Assembly: GCF_039654945.1 (NCBI RefSeq)
Contig: NW_027361924.1
Coordinates: forward strand, 5,084,001-5,148,000
Direction of reading: 5' to 3'
Origin: Dendrobates tinctorius
Taxonomy: Eukaryota
Length of the DNA: 64,000 nucleotides
Part shown: piece by piece, positions 43,482 to 62,020 of the stretch
Layout of the letters: each line of letters opens with the position of its first letter
Position numbering within the stretch: position 1 is the stretch's first letter
Program-made: the position numbers and the translations under genes
The notes under the pieces: model-generated
Databases searched by the model: none
What the model saw: only the letters and a program-made list of their open reading frames with translations
Told to the model about the DNA's origin: nothing

Positions 43482-43985
43482 AGCTGCTCACAGCCTCCCA
43501 TATTCCTCATATATGCAGTGAACAGGGCAAAGCCAAATGAATAATGATCTTTATTTTTATATAGCACTAACATATTCCGCAGCGCTTTACAGTTTGTACA
43601 CATTATCATCACTGTCCCCAATGGGGCTCACAATCTAAATTTCCTATCAGTATGCCTTTGGAATGTGGGAGGAAACCGGAGTACCCCCACACAAACACGG
43701 GGAGAACATACATCCTTGGTGGGATTCGAACTCAGGACTCCAGCGCTGCAAAGCTGCAGTGCTATCCACTGAGCCACTGTGCTGCCCAAAAAGTATTTAC
43801 CATGGGGGTCAGCAGCAGCTAGGGAGTGTGCCACACGCCAAGGATGAGCGCGTCCGCCCTTGACGCTCATCCTTGGCGTGTGGCACGCTCCCTAGGTGCT
43901 GCTGACCCCCATGGTAAATACTTTTGATTCATTTGGCTTTGTCTTGTTTACTGCATATGAGGAATATGGCAGGCTGTGAGCAGTT
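43482..43985. mobile_element. Foldback (near-perfect palindromic) MITE interrupted by a SINE
   Basis: Left arm CTGCTCACAGCC..CCAAATGAAT | CAAAAAGTATTTACCATGGGG..CCAAGGATGAGCG is complementary to right arm CGCTCATCCTTGG..CCATGGTAAATACTTTTGATTCATTTGG..GGCTGTGAGCAG. Confidence 0.8.
43543..43787 (-). mobile_element. tRNA-derived SINE (V-SINE-like) with an L2-type 3' tail
   Basis: On the - strand: GGGCAGCACAGTGGCTCAGTGG (A box), GAGTTCGAATCCC (B box), central TATGTTCTCCCCGTGTTTG..GGTTTCCTCCCAC, and a tail GATTGTGAGCCCC..TGTAAAGCGC matching the L2 3' end at ~34673-34800. Confidence 0.85.
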
Positions 43986-44613
43986 AGTGGGGCTGGAATA
44001 TTGTGTATATGCCAGTTGAGGTAAATTTTGGGCAATATCCCGTGTTATTATATATATTATAGCTATACAATGGTGCCTGCCTAGTTACCAGTGGAATGTT
44101 ATCCACATTATTATAATTGTTGGCAACGAATGTCCCATAATAAAAGGGTGATGGAGAGACAAGGAACAATCCAGCTCCAACACCCAAGGCGTTAGCTCAA
44201 AGCATAATATTATTAAAAGGAGAAACACAAGAGCACGCAATAAATCCCATATAGAAAAATGCAAATTTTTATTAATATTAAATTAGTAACAATAATACAA
44301 AAATGGATAGCAACAGGTGTGCTCATAAACAGTATGGACAATATGTCCCATGGCCCAACCTCACACCCCCCAGATGGAAAAACCGGGTGAATAAGTACCG
44401 TGAACCTAAAGTCATGTCTTAGATCGAAATACCAGCCCAGCAAGTCTAGAGTAAACAATCTAAGTAGCAATGGCCAAATACATCCATGCCAATGCCCACA
44501 CACAGTAAGAGTCAGAGAGATAAAACCGGTGCTGGTTAAGATCAAAAGACCATATAAAAAGACCAAAGAACAACTCACCGGGGAGGGGAAGAGGAAGGGG
44601 TCCAACAGTGGGA

Positions 44614-44660
44614 CCTCCAACGCGCGTTTCGCGACGTCCCCCGCCGCTTTATCAAGGAGG
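44614..44660 (-). ncRNA. Minimal type I hammerhead ribozyme motif (U3-A8 variant) in the Penelope pLTR
   Basis: The - strand reads CCUCC-UUGAUAA-A-GCGGCG-GGGGA-CGUCGC-GAAA-C-GCGC-G-UU-GGAGG. Stems I and II pair and stem III is short and palindromic, as is typical of PLE hammerheads. Confidence 0.8.
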
Positions 44661-45570
44661 AGAATAGGTGAGAAAGTACCGGTAGGGCCTTCAAATAGCC
44701 CATGACCCCGGTCACATGACCGGCGTCCACCAATAGAAGTGGCACAAGCGGCGCATGCGCCGTGGTGTCTGCAGGTCCTGTGCTGCAGTACGGCGTCCAC
44801 ACACTGCGCATGCGTCGGAAACCCGAGGCAAAGCGCACTATGTTCAGGGACGCCGACCGCAGCATGGAGCCGCACACCACACGGCGATGCACACGACCAG
44901 ACATGGATTCATGGGACACAATATAGATGGTCCCAGATCCAAGAGTCTAAATCAAGAGACCAAAATTGCATAAAGATACATCTAAGGGTGGCCAAGCTGT
45001 ATATACATAGTGGATATAAACTATAATGTGTAAAATACCCCTAACAATAGCATATATAACGGTACAGAGAAGTATAAATTACAAATAATTATAATAATCA
45101 AATATAAAATCACAGGAATAAAGTACAGTAAAGTATACAATCAGAAAGGTGAAAACCACATTCAAAAATACAGCATGTTGCAAGGAGTTGGATTTGTTGG
45201 GATGTCCATAGATGTTCTTGATTGTAGACAGTAAAGTATTGGATCCACTGTGTAGGGCTAGTTGGAGCCGAACCGGGGCACATAAAGAAATAGACTAAAA
45301 AGTAACAAACAAAAAAATATATATCAAAAAAATATTTTTAAAAACAATAAAAATAAAAAATAAAAACAACCACTGCAGGACAACATGGGAAATATGGAGT
45401 CATGCAGAAACCACAAACAAAGAAAGCCATACCACAATAAGTTATTTCAGGTTAACGTCTAAACCCAAAAAGGAGGAAAAGGGGAGTATCGCGTTAAACA
45501 CGAAAAAGAGGAGGAGAGGTTAAGGGGGGGGGGAGGGGCCCAACCAACAAACCGAGTTGGAAATGGAGTA

Positions 45571-46521
45571 TTATAAGAATGGAGTAAAACTTAAAGACTC
45601 ATTCAATCCTCTAGGTTTCATGGTGTCCAAACGGACAATCCATTTGACCTCCATTTGCCCAAGGATTTTTTTATGATCCCCACCCCTTATGCCCATATGT
45701 AATGCATCAATCCCCCTAATTTTCAACAAGCCTGCATCACAATTGTGGTAGGCCCGGAAGTGTCTGGGGATGGTTTTGAGTTCAGTGGAATCAGATACAG
45801 TCCTGGCTGCGCCAATGTCCCGCACGTGTTCACGTGTCCGCACCCTCAGCTCTCTCGTGGTGAGGCCCACATAAATTTTGGGGCACGGACAGGTTGCGTA
45901 ATAGATGACATTTAACGTACCACATGAAATCCGTTGTCTAATTGTAAACTCCCTCATACCATCCGAGGAGCTGAAGGTGGAACAGCGCAAGACATTGGCG
46001 CAAGCCAGGCAGTGTCCACACTGAAAAGAACCACATACCGGACCACTTGTCCCAAAAAAGTTTTTAGGAGTGGGCACATAGTGGCTCCGAACCAAGAAGT
46101 CCCTCAAATTCCTAGAGCGGCGTGGCGTCATGGAAGGGGAGTGCCCCAGGACAGTCCTCAGGGCTGGTTCTGTCTCTAGAATGGACCAGTGTTTTTGTAG
46201 AATAGTGCGCATATTGCGCCATTCATGGTTATATGTAGATATAAAGCGTATAGGTCCATCTCTGTCTTGTCTGCCGATCCTCGTAGTGGGTTGTAGAAGA
46301 CCACTACGCGGGGTACACCTAGCTCGACCTACCCCTCTTGAGAAAACGATCACTCATGTCTTGAGCTTGTTTCTCAAATCGATCATTGGTGGAGCAGATG
46401 CGTCGCATGCGAAGGAACTGTCCGACCGGGATGGCCCTCACAGTGGCCGGGTCATGAGCCGAGGATGCATGTAATAAGGAATTGACAGAGGTGGGTTTCC
46501 TGAAGACGTCCGTCTGGATCC
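45571..46521 (-). pseudogene. Penelope RT C-terminus plus GIY-YIG endonuclease (frame break near 46320-46350)
   Basis: CGHCLAC linker, NVIYYATCPCPKIYVGLTTRELRVRTREH, EVKWIVRLDTMKPRGLNE. Confidence 0.85.
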
Positions 46522-47005
46522 GCCATGGGACATATTGTCCATACTGTTTATGAGCACACCTGTTGCTATCCATTTTTGTATTATTGTTACTAATTTAATA
46601 TTAATAAAAATTTGCATTTTTCTATATGGGATTTATTGCGTGCTCTTGTGTTTCTCCTTTTAATAATATTATTATAATTGTGTTGTTAACTACTGATACA
46701 TTGTAAATATACACGTCTCGCCTGGATGAGTACGTCCCTTTTTGTATGTGCATGTGTATAACCGCACCAGTGAGTGTTTTTCTATCCCCTTTCCCCTGAA
46801 TATTTTGGCATTATGGATTTTTCTACATCAATAAAATTGTGATATTATTCTGATATATTGGCCTTTTAATCATCGTTTTTTCTGATATGGATCTCATAAG
46901 TATTAATCTATGTGAGAGGAGGTGATGAACATCACTGTTTATTCTACAGGATGGAAGGCTGCTTTAATTTGTCTCCACGCTATTGAAGATTGCCAAGTAA
47001 CAATC

Positions 47006-54103
<7,098 letters not shown>

Positions 54104-54333
54104 CGGCAAAAAAGGGACCAGACCCGCATCCATTGTAAATGTGTTATGAAGAAGAGGAATAGATGTGGCTCTTGTTGACCCCCATAGCGCCACGCCAACC
54201 AACAGGTTGTGTACTGTATTGCAGCACGGACATTAGAGGTTAGCTGCAATCTCAGATGCAACCTACGGACAGGGGTGGCGCTGGGAAAAAGCAGCTGTGT
54301 TGAGTGTTTTTTTTTTTTTTTTCACTTCTGCTC

Positions 54334-54871
54334 AGGGAATCTGTCACCTATATTTCGTCTATAAGCTGCAGCCACTGCCATCAGGGGCTTGTCTACAGCA
54401 TTCTGTATATAAGTCCCCAATGTAACCTGAAAGAGAAGAAAAGCGAGTTATATTATACTCACCCAGGGGCGGTCCGGGACTGGTCTTGGTCCGATGGGTG
54501 TCGCGGTCCGTTCCGGCGCCTCCCATCTACAAGCGGTGACTGCCTCTTCTTTGCTTCCCGTCGTGGCTCTGGCGCACTGCTCTGCCCTGTTGAGGGCAGA
54601 GCAAAGTCCTGCAGTGCGCAGGCGCCGGGGAAAAAATCGGAGAGGTTCGGCGCCTGTGCACTGCAAGACTCTGCTCTGCCCTCAACAGGGCAGAGCAGCG
54701 CTCCTGCGCCGGACCCGCGTCGGGAAGCAAAGAAGAGGACGTCATCGCTAGAAAATGGGAAGCACCGGAACGGTCCATGACACCCATCGGACCAAGCATT
54801 AGAGAATGCTGTAGATAAGCCCCTGATGGCAGAGGATGCAGCTTGTTGAAAAAATAGGTGACGGATTCCCT
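54334..54871. mobile_element. Foldback MITE (AGGGAATCTGTCACC termini, TTAA-type/Kolobok-like) ~230 nt downstream of the FLCN stop
   Basis: TIRs AGGGAATCTGTCACCTA / TAGGTGACGGATTCCCT-TTAA; long complementary arms (CTGCTCTGCCCTGTTGAGGGCAGAGCA / TGCTCTGCCCTCAACAGGGCAGAGCAG). Confidence 0.85.
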
Positions 54872-56054
54872 TTAAAGGAAACTCTACTGCATGCGTGTGG
54901 AAAGGTGTCTGTGCCACACGCGCCACGGATATATGAGCCTGAAAGCCGCAGCATGGCGGTGATCTGGGTTTTTGGTACCTTTCTATTTTGTCCACGTGGT
55001 TTCTTTACTGTTTTTACCCTTTTCTTTTTTTTCTTCTCCATTCACATCCAAAGCTGCATTCAGAGAGTGATGCATTGCAGGAGATGAGCATTTAGCGCTC
55101 CCACCGTCAAGTAGGAGGCGGCACCGTATCCATTATTCAAATGGAGGAATGTTTGTGGCCCGTTCTATCGGAGGAGAAAAATTTGATGGCACAGAGAATC
55201 GGTGCCAAAATGACAGAGGCCGTGATTAAATTGATTGTTAAACCAACAGGGGTCCACCAGCCGCCCGCCGGGGGTTCCACAGGCCGCCTGCTGGGGGGGT
55301 CAATCGCAGAAAGGATCTCGCTTTTTGTTCGAGATTTTTGACTGAGCCAATTTTGCAAATTGTTGTTTTCACCATTTTTGGACATAAATCTGGAACAGAA
55401 GCCAAACTGCTCGCCTAGATCCTTTGTGCGATGGACTTCCACCAGGCAACCGATGGACCCCACAATGGTTTCTCGGTGCTTTTGATTTTATAAAACCACA
55501 TGTTCAAAGCGATATTAAACTTTAAAAAAAAAAAAAATACTATTAACTTTAAAAAAATACTTTTTCTCTGGCACGACTTCCTTTTTGAGTGATTGTACAA
55601 AAGTGTGAGTGACGCCTGGGACGAACAACATGGCCCTGGCCCAACATGGCGCATTCAGACCGTCCCAGGCCCCTGAAGGATGTGAAGAACACCATTTTAC
55701 CATATGAAGTACTGAGAAAAAGTGTGAATTAAAAAAAACAAAAACCCTGTGGGATCAAAGTGGGGAAAAAAAAACCCTCAATCTGCCATTGGTTTCGTTT
55801 TTACGGTGTTCATTGTAAAAATGAGGTGGGCTTCCAAGCTCAGTAAGGTTCCACCTTCCGCCATGTTTAGTGTAGACTGAATTCGTCCATCTGCAGGCGC
55901 CGGGAGGAACCTATATGGCGGCATAGTCTCTGTAACCCTCCGGATACTTATTGCATTCAGCCGTCTGTAAAATCGATTTTGTGCAATTTTTAACAGCGCT
56001 GTTGCGAGTTGGGAGAGCGCTTCCCCCGACAGCTTCCATTTTGATGGATTTTAA

Positions 56055-56321
56055 GGCTATGCGCACGCTGCGGATTAATCTGCGGATTTTTCCGTGCGGA
56101 TTTGGTGAAATCCGCAGGACAAAAGTCCTGCGGATTAGCCTGCGGTTTCACACCTCATAAGGATAAGGTGTGAAACCGCTGCGGATTCCGCACAAACAAT
56201 TGACATGCTGCGTATTGTAATCCGCGGAAAAATCCGCAGCATCTGCACAGCGGTTTTTGTTTTGCATAGGCTAACATGGTACTGTACACCGCTGCGGGTC
56301 CGCAGGGCCAAATCCGCTGCG
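56055..56321. mobile_element. Left part of a Harbinger-type MITE (TGCGGA/TCCGCA-rich)
   Basis: TAA-GGCTATGCGCAC start; repeated GCTGCGGAT/ATCCGCAGC motifs; cut off at 56322. Confidence 0.6.
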
Positions 56322-56473
56322 TAGTGATGGGAAGTTCGGCTCTTTTTGGTGATCCGGCTCATTCGGCTCCGCTCACCATAAAGAGCAGGCTCTTTTGGCT
56401 CTTTAAACCGCTCTTTTTTAAATAGAAATCCGTTTTCCACAGTCCTCGTTCTAGGTCTTTGCCTGTAAAGTTA
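56322..56473. mobile_element. Left end of a probable non-autonomous hAT element
   Basis: Begins TAGTGATGGG (Ac-like terminus) followed by clustered GGCTC subterminal motifs; the right end is outside the window. Confidence 0.5.
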
Positions 56474-57225
56474 GTGATCAGGCCCCTGCTCCTCGCTCCG
56501 GTCTCTTCTGTACAGTGAGGCCTCATTATACCCCTGTATAAGGATCTAGTGACGCAGTGTAGACTGTTATTCAGCATTGCTGCTTCCTCAGATTGTCAGC
56601 TCTTGTGATCAGGCCTCTGCTCCTCGCTCCGGTCTCTCCTGTACAGTGAGGCCTCATTATACTCCTGTATAAGGATCTAGTGACGCAGTGTACACTGTTA
56701 TTCAGCATTGCTGTGTCCTCAGATTGTCAGCTCTTGTGATCAGGCCCCTGCTCCTTGCTCCGGTCTCTCCTGTACAGTGAGGCCTCATTATACCCCTGTA
56801 TAAGGATCTAGTGACGCAGTGTAGACTGTTATTCAGCATTGCTGCTTCCTCAGATTGTCAGCTCTTGTGATCAAGCCCCTGCTCCTCGCTCCCCGTCTCT
56901 CCTGTACAGTGAGGCCTCATTATACCCCTGTATAAGGATCTAGTGACGCAGTGTAGACTGTTATTCAGCATTGCTGTTTCCTCAGATTGTCAGCTCTTGT
57001 GATCAGGCCTCTGCTCCTCGCTCCGGTCTCTCCTGTACAGTGAGGCCTCATTATACTCCTGTATAAGGATCTAGTGACGCAGTGTAGACTGTTATTCAGC
57101 ATTGCTGCTTCCTCAGATTGTCAGCTCTTGTGATCAGGCCCCAGCTCCTCGCTCCGGTCTCTCCTGTACAGTGAGGCCTCATTATACCCCTGTATAAGGA
57201 TCTAGTGACGCAGTGTAGACTGTTA

Positions 57226-57850
57226 GGCCGGGGTCACACTAACCAACGCAAAATACGGTCAGTATTTTACATGCGTAATACGGATGAATGGCCTCTAAAC
57301 AGTGCTCGGTATGTCATCCGTAATCAAGGTGTGGTCGCGTATTTTGCGCATGTCAGCATCCGTATGGCGAGATTTTCTCGCAGGCTTGCAAAATGGACAT
57401 ATAATGGAGCCCTATGACAGGTTTTATAACACAAACCAAAGAATAGATATAGACACATAGAATACATATATATATATATTATATATATGTATGTATTCTA
57501 TGTGTCTATATCTATTCTTTGGTTTCTTTATTAAACCTGTCAGTGTGAGTTTACTGTATAGCGCACTGAATTGCCGGCTTTGCTAAAAGACACCGGGTGC
57601 GTATATCTCGCAAGTCATGTGTGGCCCCTGTGTAATCCGTATTTTTTGCGCACCCATAGACTTGCATTGGCGTACTACGGCCATATTACGCTGACAATCG
57701 CAGCATGTTGCGATTGGCACGGAGCGTAGAATACGGATGAGAAATATACGGCTGGTGCAAGGGACCCCATAGAGAATCATTGGTCCGTGTCTAATGCGTG
57801 CTTTTAGCGCCTCTCACTCGGCCGTATTCCTCGCCAGTGTGACCCCGGCC
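57226..57850. mobile_element. PIF/Harbinger MITE, copy 1
   Basis: Perfect TIRs GGCCGGGGTCACACT / AGTGTGACCCCGGCC; TTA TSD on both sides; internal TA-centred palindrome 57415-57542. Confidence 0.92.
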
Positions 57851-60800
57851 TTATTCATCATTGCTGCTTCCTCAGATTGTCAGCTCTTGTGATCAGGCCC
57901 CTGCTCCTCGCTCCGGTCTCTCCTGTACAGTGAGGCCTCATTATACCCCTGTATAAGGATCTAGTGACGCAGTGTAGACTGTTATCCGCATTGCGGCTTC
58001 CTCAGATTGTCAGCTCTTGTGATCAGGCTCCGGCTCCTCGCTCCGGTCTCTCTTGTACAGTGAGGCCTCATTCTCCACCTGTATGAGGATCTAGTGACGC
58101 AGTGAAGACTGTTATTCAGCATTGCTGTGTCCTCAGATTGTCAGCTCTTGTGATCAGGCTCCTGCTCCTCTCTCCGGTCTCTCCTGTACAGTGAGGCCTC
58201 ATTATACCCCTGTATAAGGATCTAGTGACGCAGTGTAGACTGTTATTCAGCATTGCTGTGTCCTCAGATTGTCAGCTCTTGTGATCAGGCTGCTGCTCCT
58301 CGCTCCGGTCTCTCCTGTACAGTGAGGCCTCATTATACCCCTGTATAAGGATCTAGTGACGCAGTGTAGACTGTTATTCCGCATTGCTGTTTCCTCAGAT
58401 TGTCAGCTCTTGTGATCAGGCCCCTGCTCCTTGCTCCGGTCTCTCCTGTACAGTGAGGCCTCATTATACCCCTGTATAAGGATCTAGTGACGCAGTGTAG
58501 ACTGTTATCCGCATTGCGGCTTCCTCAGATTGTCAGCTCTTGTGATCAGGCCCCGGCTCCTCGCTCCGGTCTCTCTTGTACAGTGAGGCCTCATTCTCCA
58601 CCTGTATGAGGATCTAGTGACGCAGTGAAGACTGTTATTCAGCATTGCTGTGTCCTCAGATTGTCAGCTCTTGTGATCAGGCTCCTGCTCCTCTCTCCGG
58701 TCTCTCCTGTACAGTGAGGCCTCATTATACCCCTGTATAAGGATCTAGTGACGCAGTGAAGACTGTTATTCAGCATTGCTGTGTCCTCAGATTGTCAGCT
58801 CTTGTGATCAGGCTCCTGCTCCTCTCTCCGGTCTCTCCTGTACAGTGAGGCCTCATTATACCCCTGTATAAGGATCTAGTGACGCAGTGTAGACTGTTAT
58901 TCAGCATTGCTGTGTCCTCAGATTGTCAGCTCTTGTGATCAGGCTGCTGCTCCTCGCTCCGGTCTCTCCTGTACAGTGAGGCCTCATTATACCCCTGTAT
59001 AAGGATCTAGTGACGCAGTGCAGACTGTTATTCAGCATTGCTGTTTCCTCAGATTGTCAGCTCTTGTGATCAGGCCTCTGCTCCTCGCTCCGGTCTCTCC
59101 TGTACAGTGAGGCCTCATTATACCCCTGTATAAGGATCTAGTGACGCAGTGCAGACTGTTATTCAGCATTGCTGTCTCCTCAGATTGTCAGCTCTTGTGA
59201 TCAGGCCCCTGCTCCTCGCTCCCCGTCTCTCCTGTACAGTGAGGCCTCATTATACCCCTGTATAAGGATCTAGTGACGCAGTGTAGACTGTTATTCAGCA
59301 TTGCTGCTTCCTCAGATTGTCAGCTCTTGTGATCAGGCCCCGGCTCCTCGCTCCGGTCTCTCTTGTACAGTGAGGCCTCATTCTCCACCTGTATGAGGAT
59401 CTAGTGACGCAGTGAAGACTGTTATTCAGCATTGCTGTGTCCTCAGATTGTCAGCTGTTGTGATCAGGCCTCTGCTCCTCGCTCCGGTCTCTCCTGTACA
59501 GTGAGGCCTCATTATACCCCTGTATAAGGATCTAGTGACGCAGTGCAGACTGTTATTCAGCATTGCTGTGTCCTCAGATTGTCGGCTCTTGTGATCAGGC
59601 CCCTGCTCCTTGCTCCGGTCTCTCCTGTACAGTGAGGCCTCATTATACACCTGTATAAGGATCTAGTGACGCAGTGTAGACTGTTATTCAGCATTGCTGC
59701 TTCCTCAGATTGTCAGCTCTTGTGATCAGGCCCCTGCTCCTCGCTCCCTGTCTCTCCTGTACAGTGAGGCCTCATTATACTCCTGTATAAGGATCTAGTG
59801 ACACAGTGTAGACTGTTATTCAGCATTGCTGTCTCCTCAGATTGTCAGCTCTTGTGATCGGGCCCCTGCTCCTCGCTCCCTGTCTCTCCTGTACAGTGAG
59901 GCCTCATTATACCCCTGTATAAGGCTCTAGTGACACAGTGTAGACTGTTATTCAGCATTGCTGTCTCCTCAGATTGTCAGCTCTTGTGATCAGGCCCCTG
60001 CTCCTCGCTCCCTGTCTCTCCTGTACAGTGAGGCCTCATTATACTCCTGTATAAGGATCTAGTGACACAGTGTAGACTGTTATTCAGCATTGCTGTCTCC
60101 TCAGATTGTCAGCTCTTGTGATCAGGCCCCTGCTCCTCGCTCCGGTCTCTCCTGTACAGTGAATCCTCATTATACTCCTGTATAAGGATCTAGTGACACA
60201 GTGTAGACTGTTATTCAGCATTGCTGTCTCCTCAAATGTCAGCTCTTGTGATCAGGACCCTGCTCCTCGCTCCCCGTCTCTCCTGTACAGTGAGGCCTCA
60301 TTATACCCCTGTATAAGGATCTAGTGACGCAGTGTAGACTATTATTCAGCATTGCTGTTTCCTCAGATTGTCAGCTCTTGTGATCAGGCCCCTGCTCCTC
60401 GCTCCGGTCTCTCCTGTACAGTGAGGCCTCATTATACCCCTGTATAAGGATCTAGTGACGCAGTGTAGACTGTTATTCAGCATTGCTGTGTCCTCAGATT
60501 GTCAGCTCTTGTGATCAGGCTGCTGCTCCTCGCTCCGGTCTCTCCTGTACAGTGAGGCCTCATTATACCCCTGTATAAGGATCTAGTGACGCAGTGTAGA
60601 CTGTTATTCAGCATTGCTGCTTCCTCAGATTGTCAGCTCTTGTGATCAGGCCTCTGCTCCTCGCTCCGGTCTCTCCTGTACAGTGAGGCCTCATTATACT
60701 CCTGTATAAGGATCTAGTGACGCAGTGTACACTGTTATTCAGCATTGCTGTCTCCTCAGATTGTCAGCTCTTGTGATCAGGCCCCAGCTCCTCGCTCCGG

Positions 60801-61393
60801 TCTCTCCTGTACAGTGAGGCCTCATTATACCCCTGTATAAGGATCTAGTGACGCAGTGCAGACTGTTATTCAGCATTGCTGTGTCCTCAGATTGTCAGCT
60901 CTTGTGATCAGGCCCCTGCTCCTTGCTCCGGTCTCTCCTGTACAGTGAGGCCTCATTATACCCCTGTATAAGGATCTAGTGACGCAGTGTAGACTGTTAT
61001 TCAGCATTGCTGCTTCCTCAGATTGTCAGCTCTTGTGATCAAGCCCCTGCTCCTCGCTCCCCGTCTCTCCTGTACAGTGAGGCCTCATTATACCCCTGTA
61101 TAAGGATCTAGTGACGCAGTGTAGACTGTTATTCAGCATTGCTGTTTCCTCAGATTGTCAGCTCTTGTGATCAGGCCTCTGCTCCTCGCTCCGGTCTCTC
61201 CTGTACAGTGAGGCCTCATTATACTCCTGTATAAGGATCTAGTGACGCAGTGTAGACTGTTATTCAGCATTGCTGCTTCCTCAGATTGTCAGCTCTTGTG
61301 ATCAGGCCCCAGCTCCTCGCTCCGGTCTCTCCTGTACAGTGAGGCCTCATTATACCCCTGTATAAGGATCTAGTGACGCAGTGTAGACTGTTA

Positions 61394-62020
61394 GGCCGGG
61401 GTCACACTAACCAACGCAAAATACGGTCAGTATTTTACATGCGTAATACGGATGAATGGCCTCTAAACAGTGCTCGGTATGTCATCCGTAATCAAGGTGT
61501 GGTCGCGTATTTTGCGCATGTCAGCATCCGTATGGCGAGATTTTCTCGCAGGCTTGCAAAATGGACATATAATGGAGCCCTATGACAGGTTTTATAACAC
61601 AAACCAAAGAATAGATATAGACACATAGAATACATATATATATATATATTATATATATGTATGTATTCTATGTGTCTATATCTATTCTTTGGTTTCTTTA
61701 TTAAACCTGTCAGTGTGAGTTTACTGTATAGCGCACTGAATTGCCGGCTTTGCTAAAAGACACCGGGTGCGTATATCTCGCAAGTCATGTGTGGCCCCTG
61801 TGTAATCCGTATTTTTTGCGCACCCATAGACTTGCATTGGCGTACTACGGCCATATTACGCTGACAATCGCAGCATGTTGCGATTGGCACGGAGCGTAGA
61901 ATACGGATGAGAAATATACGGCTGGTGCAAGGGACCCCATAGAGAATCATTGGTCCGTGTCTAATGCGTGCTTTTAGCGCCTCTCACTCGGCCGTATTCC
62001 TCGCCAGTGTGACCCCGGCC
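61394..62020. mobile_element. PIF/Harbinger MITE, copy 2 (duplicated with its flanks)
   Basis: Same TIRs, TSD and insertion point in the satellite unit; appears to differ from copy 1 only by one TA. Confidence 0.92.

Larger units (their letters stand above)
44121..46672 (-). mobile_element. 5'-truncated Penelope-like retroelement with an inverted partial pLTR
   Basis: RT-thumb fragment (TDVFRKPT..LLHASSAH..AIPVGQFLRMRRICS) and GIY-YIG endonuclease; perfect 151-bp inverted repeat 44204-44354 / 46522-46672; 14-bp direct repeat ATTATTATAATTGT at 44107-44120 and 46668-46681 (candidate TSD). Confidence 0.9.

Noticed and set aside
43715-43787. Possible tRNA gene (A and B boxes)
   Set aside because: It is the head of a SINE, continuing into a conserved core and an L2-type tail.
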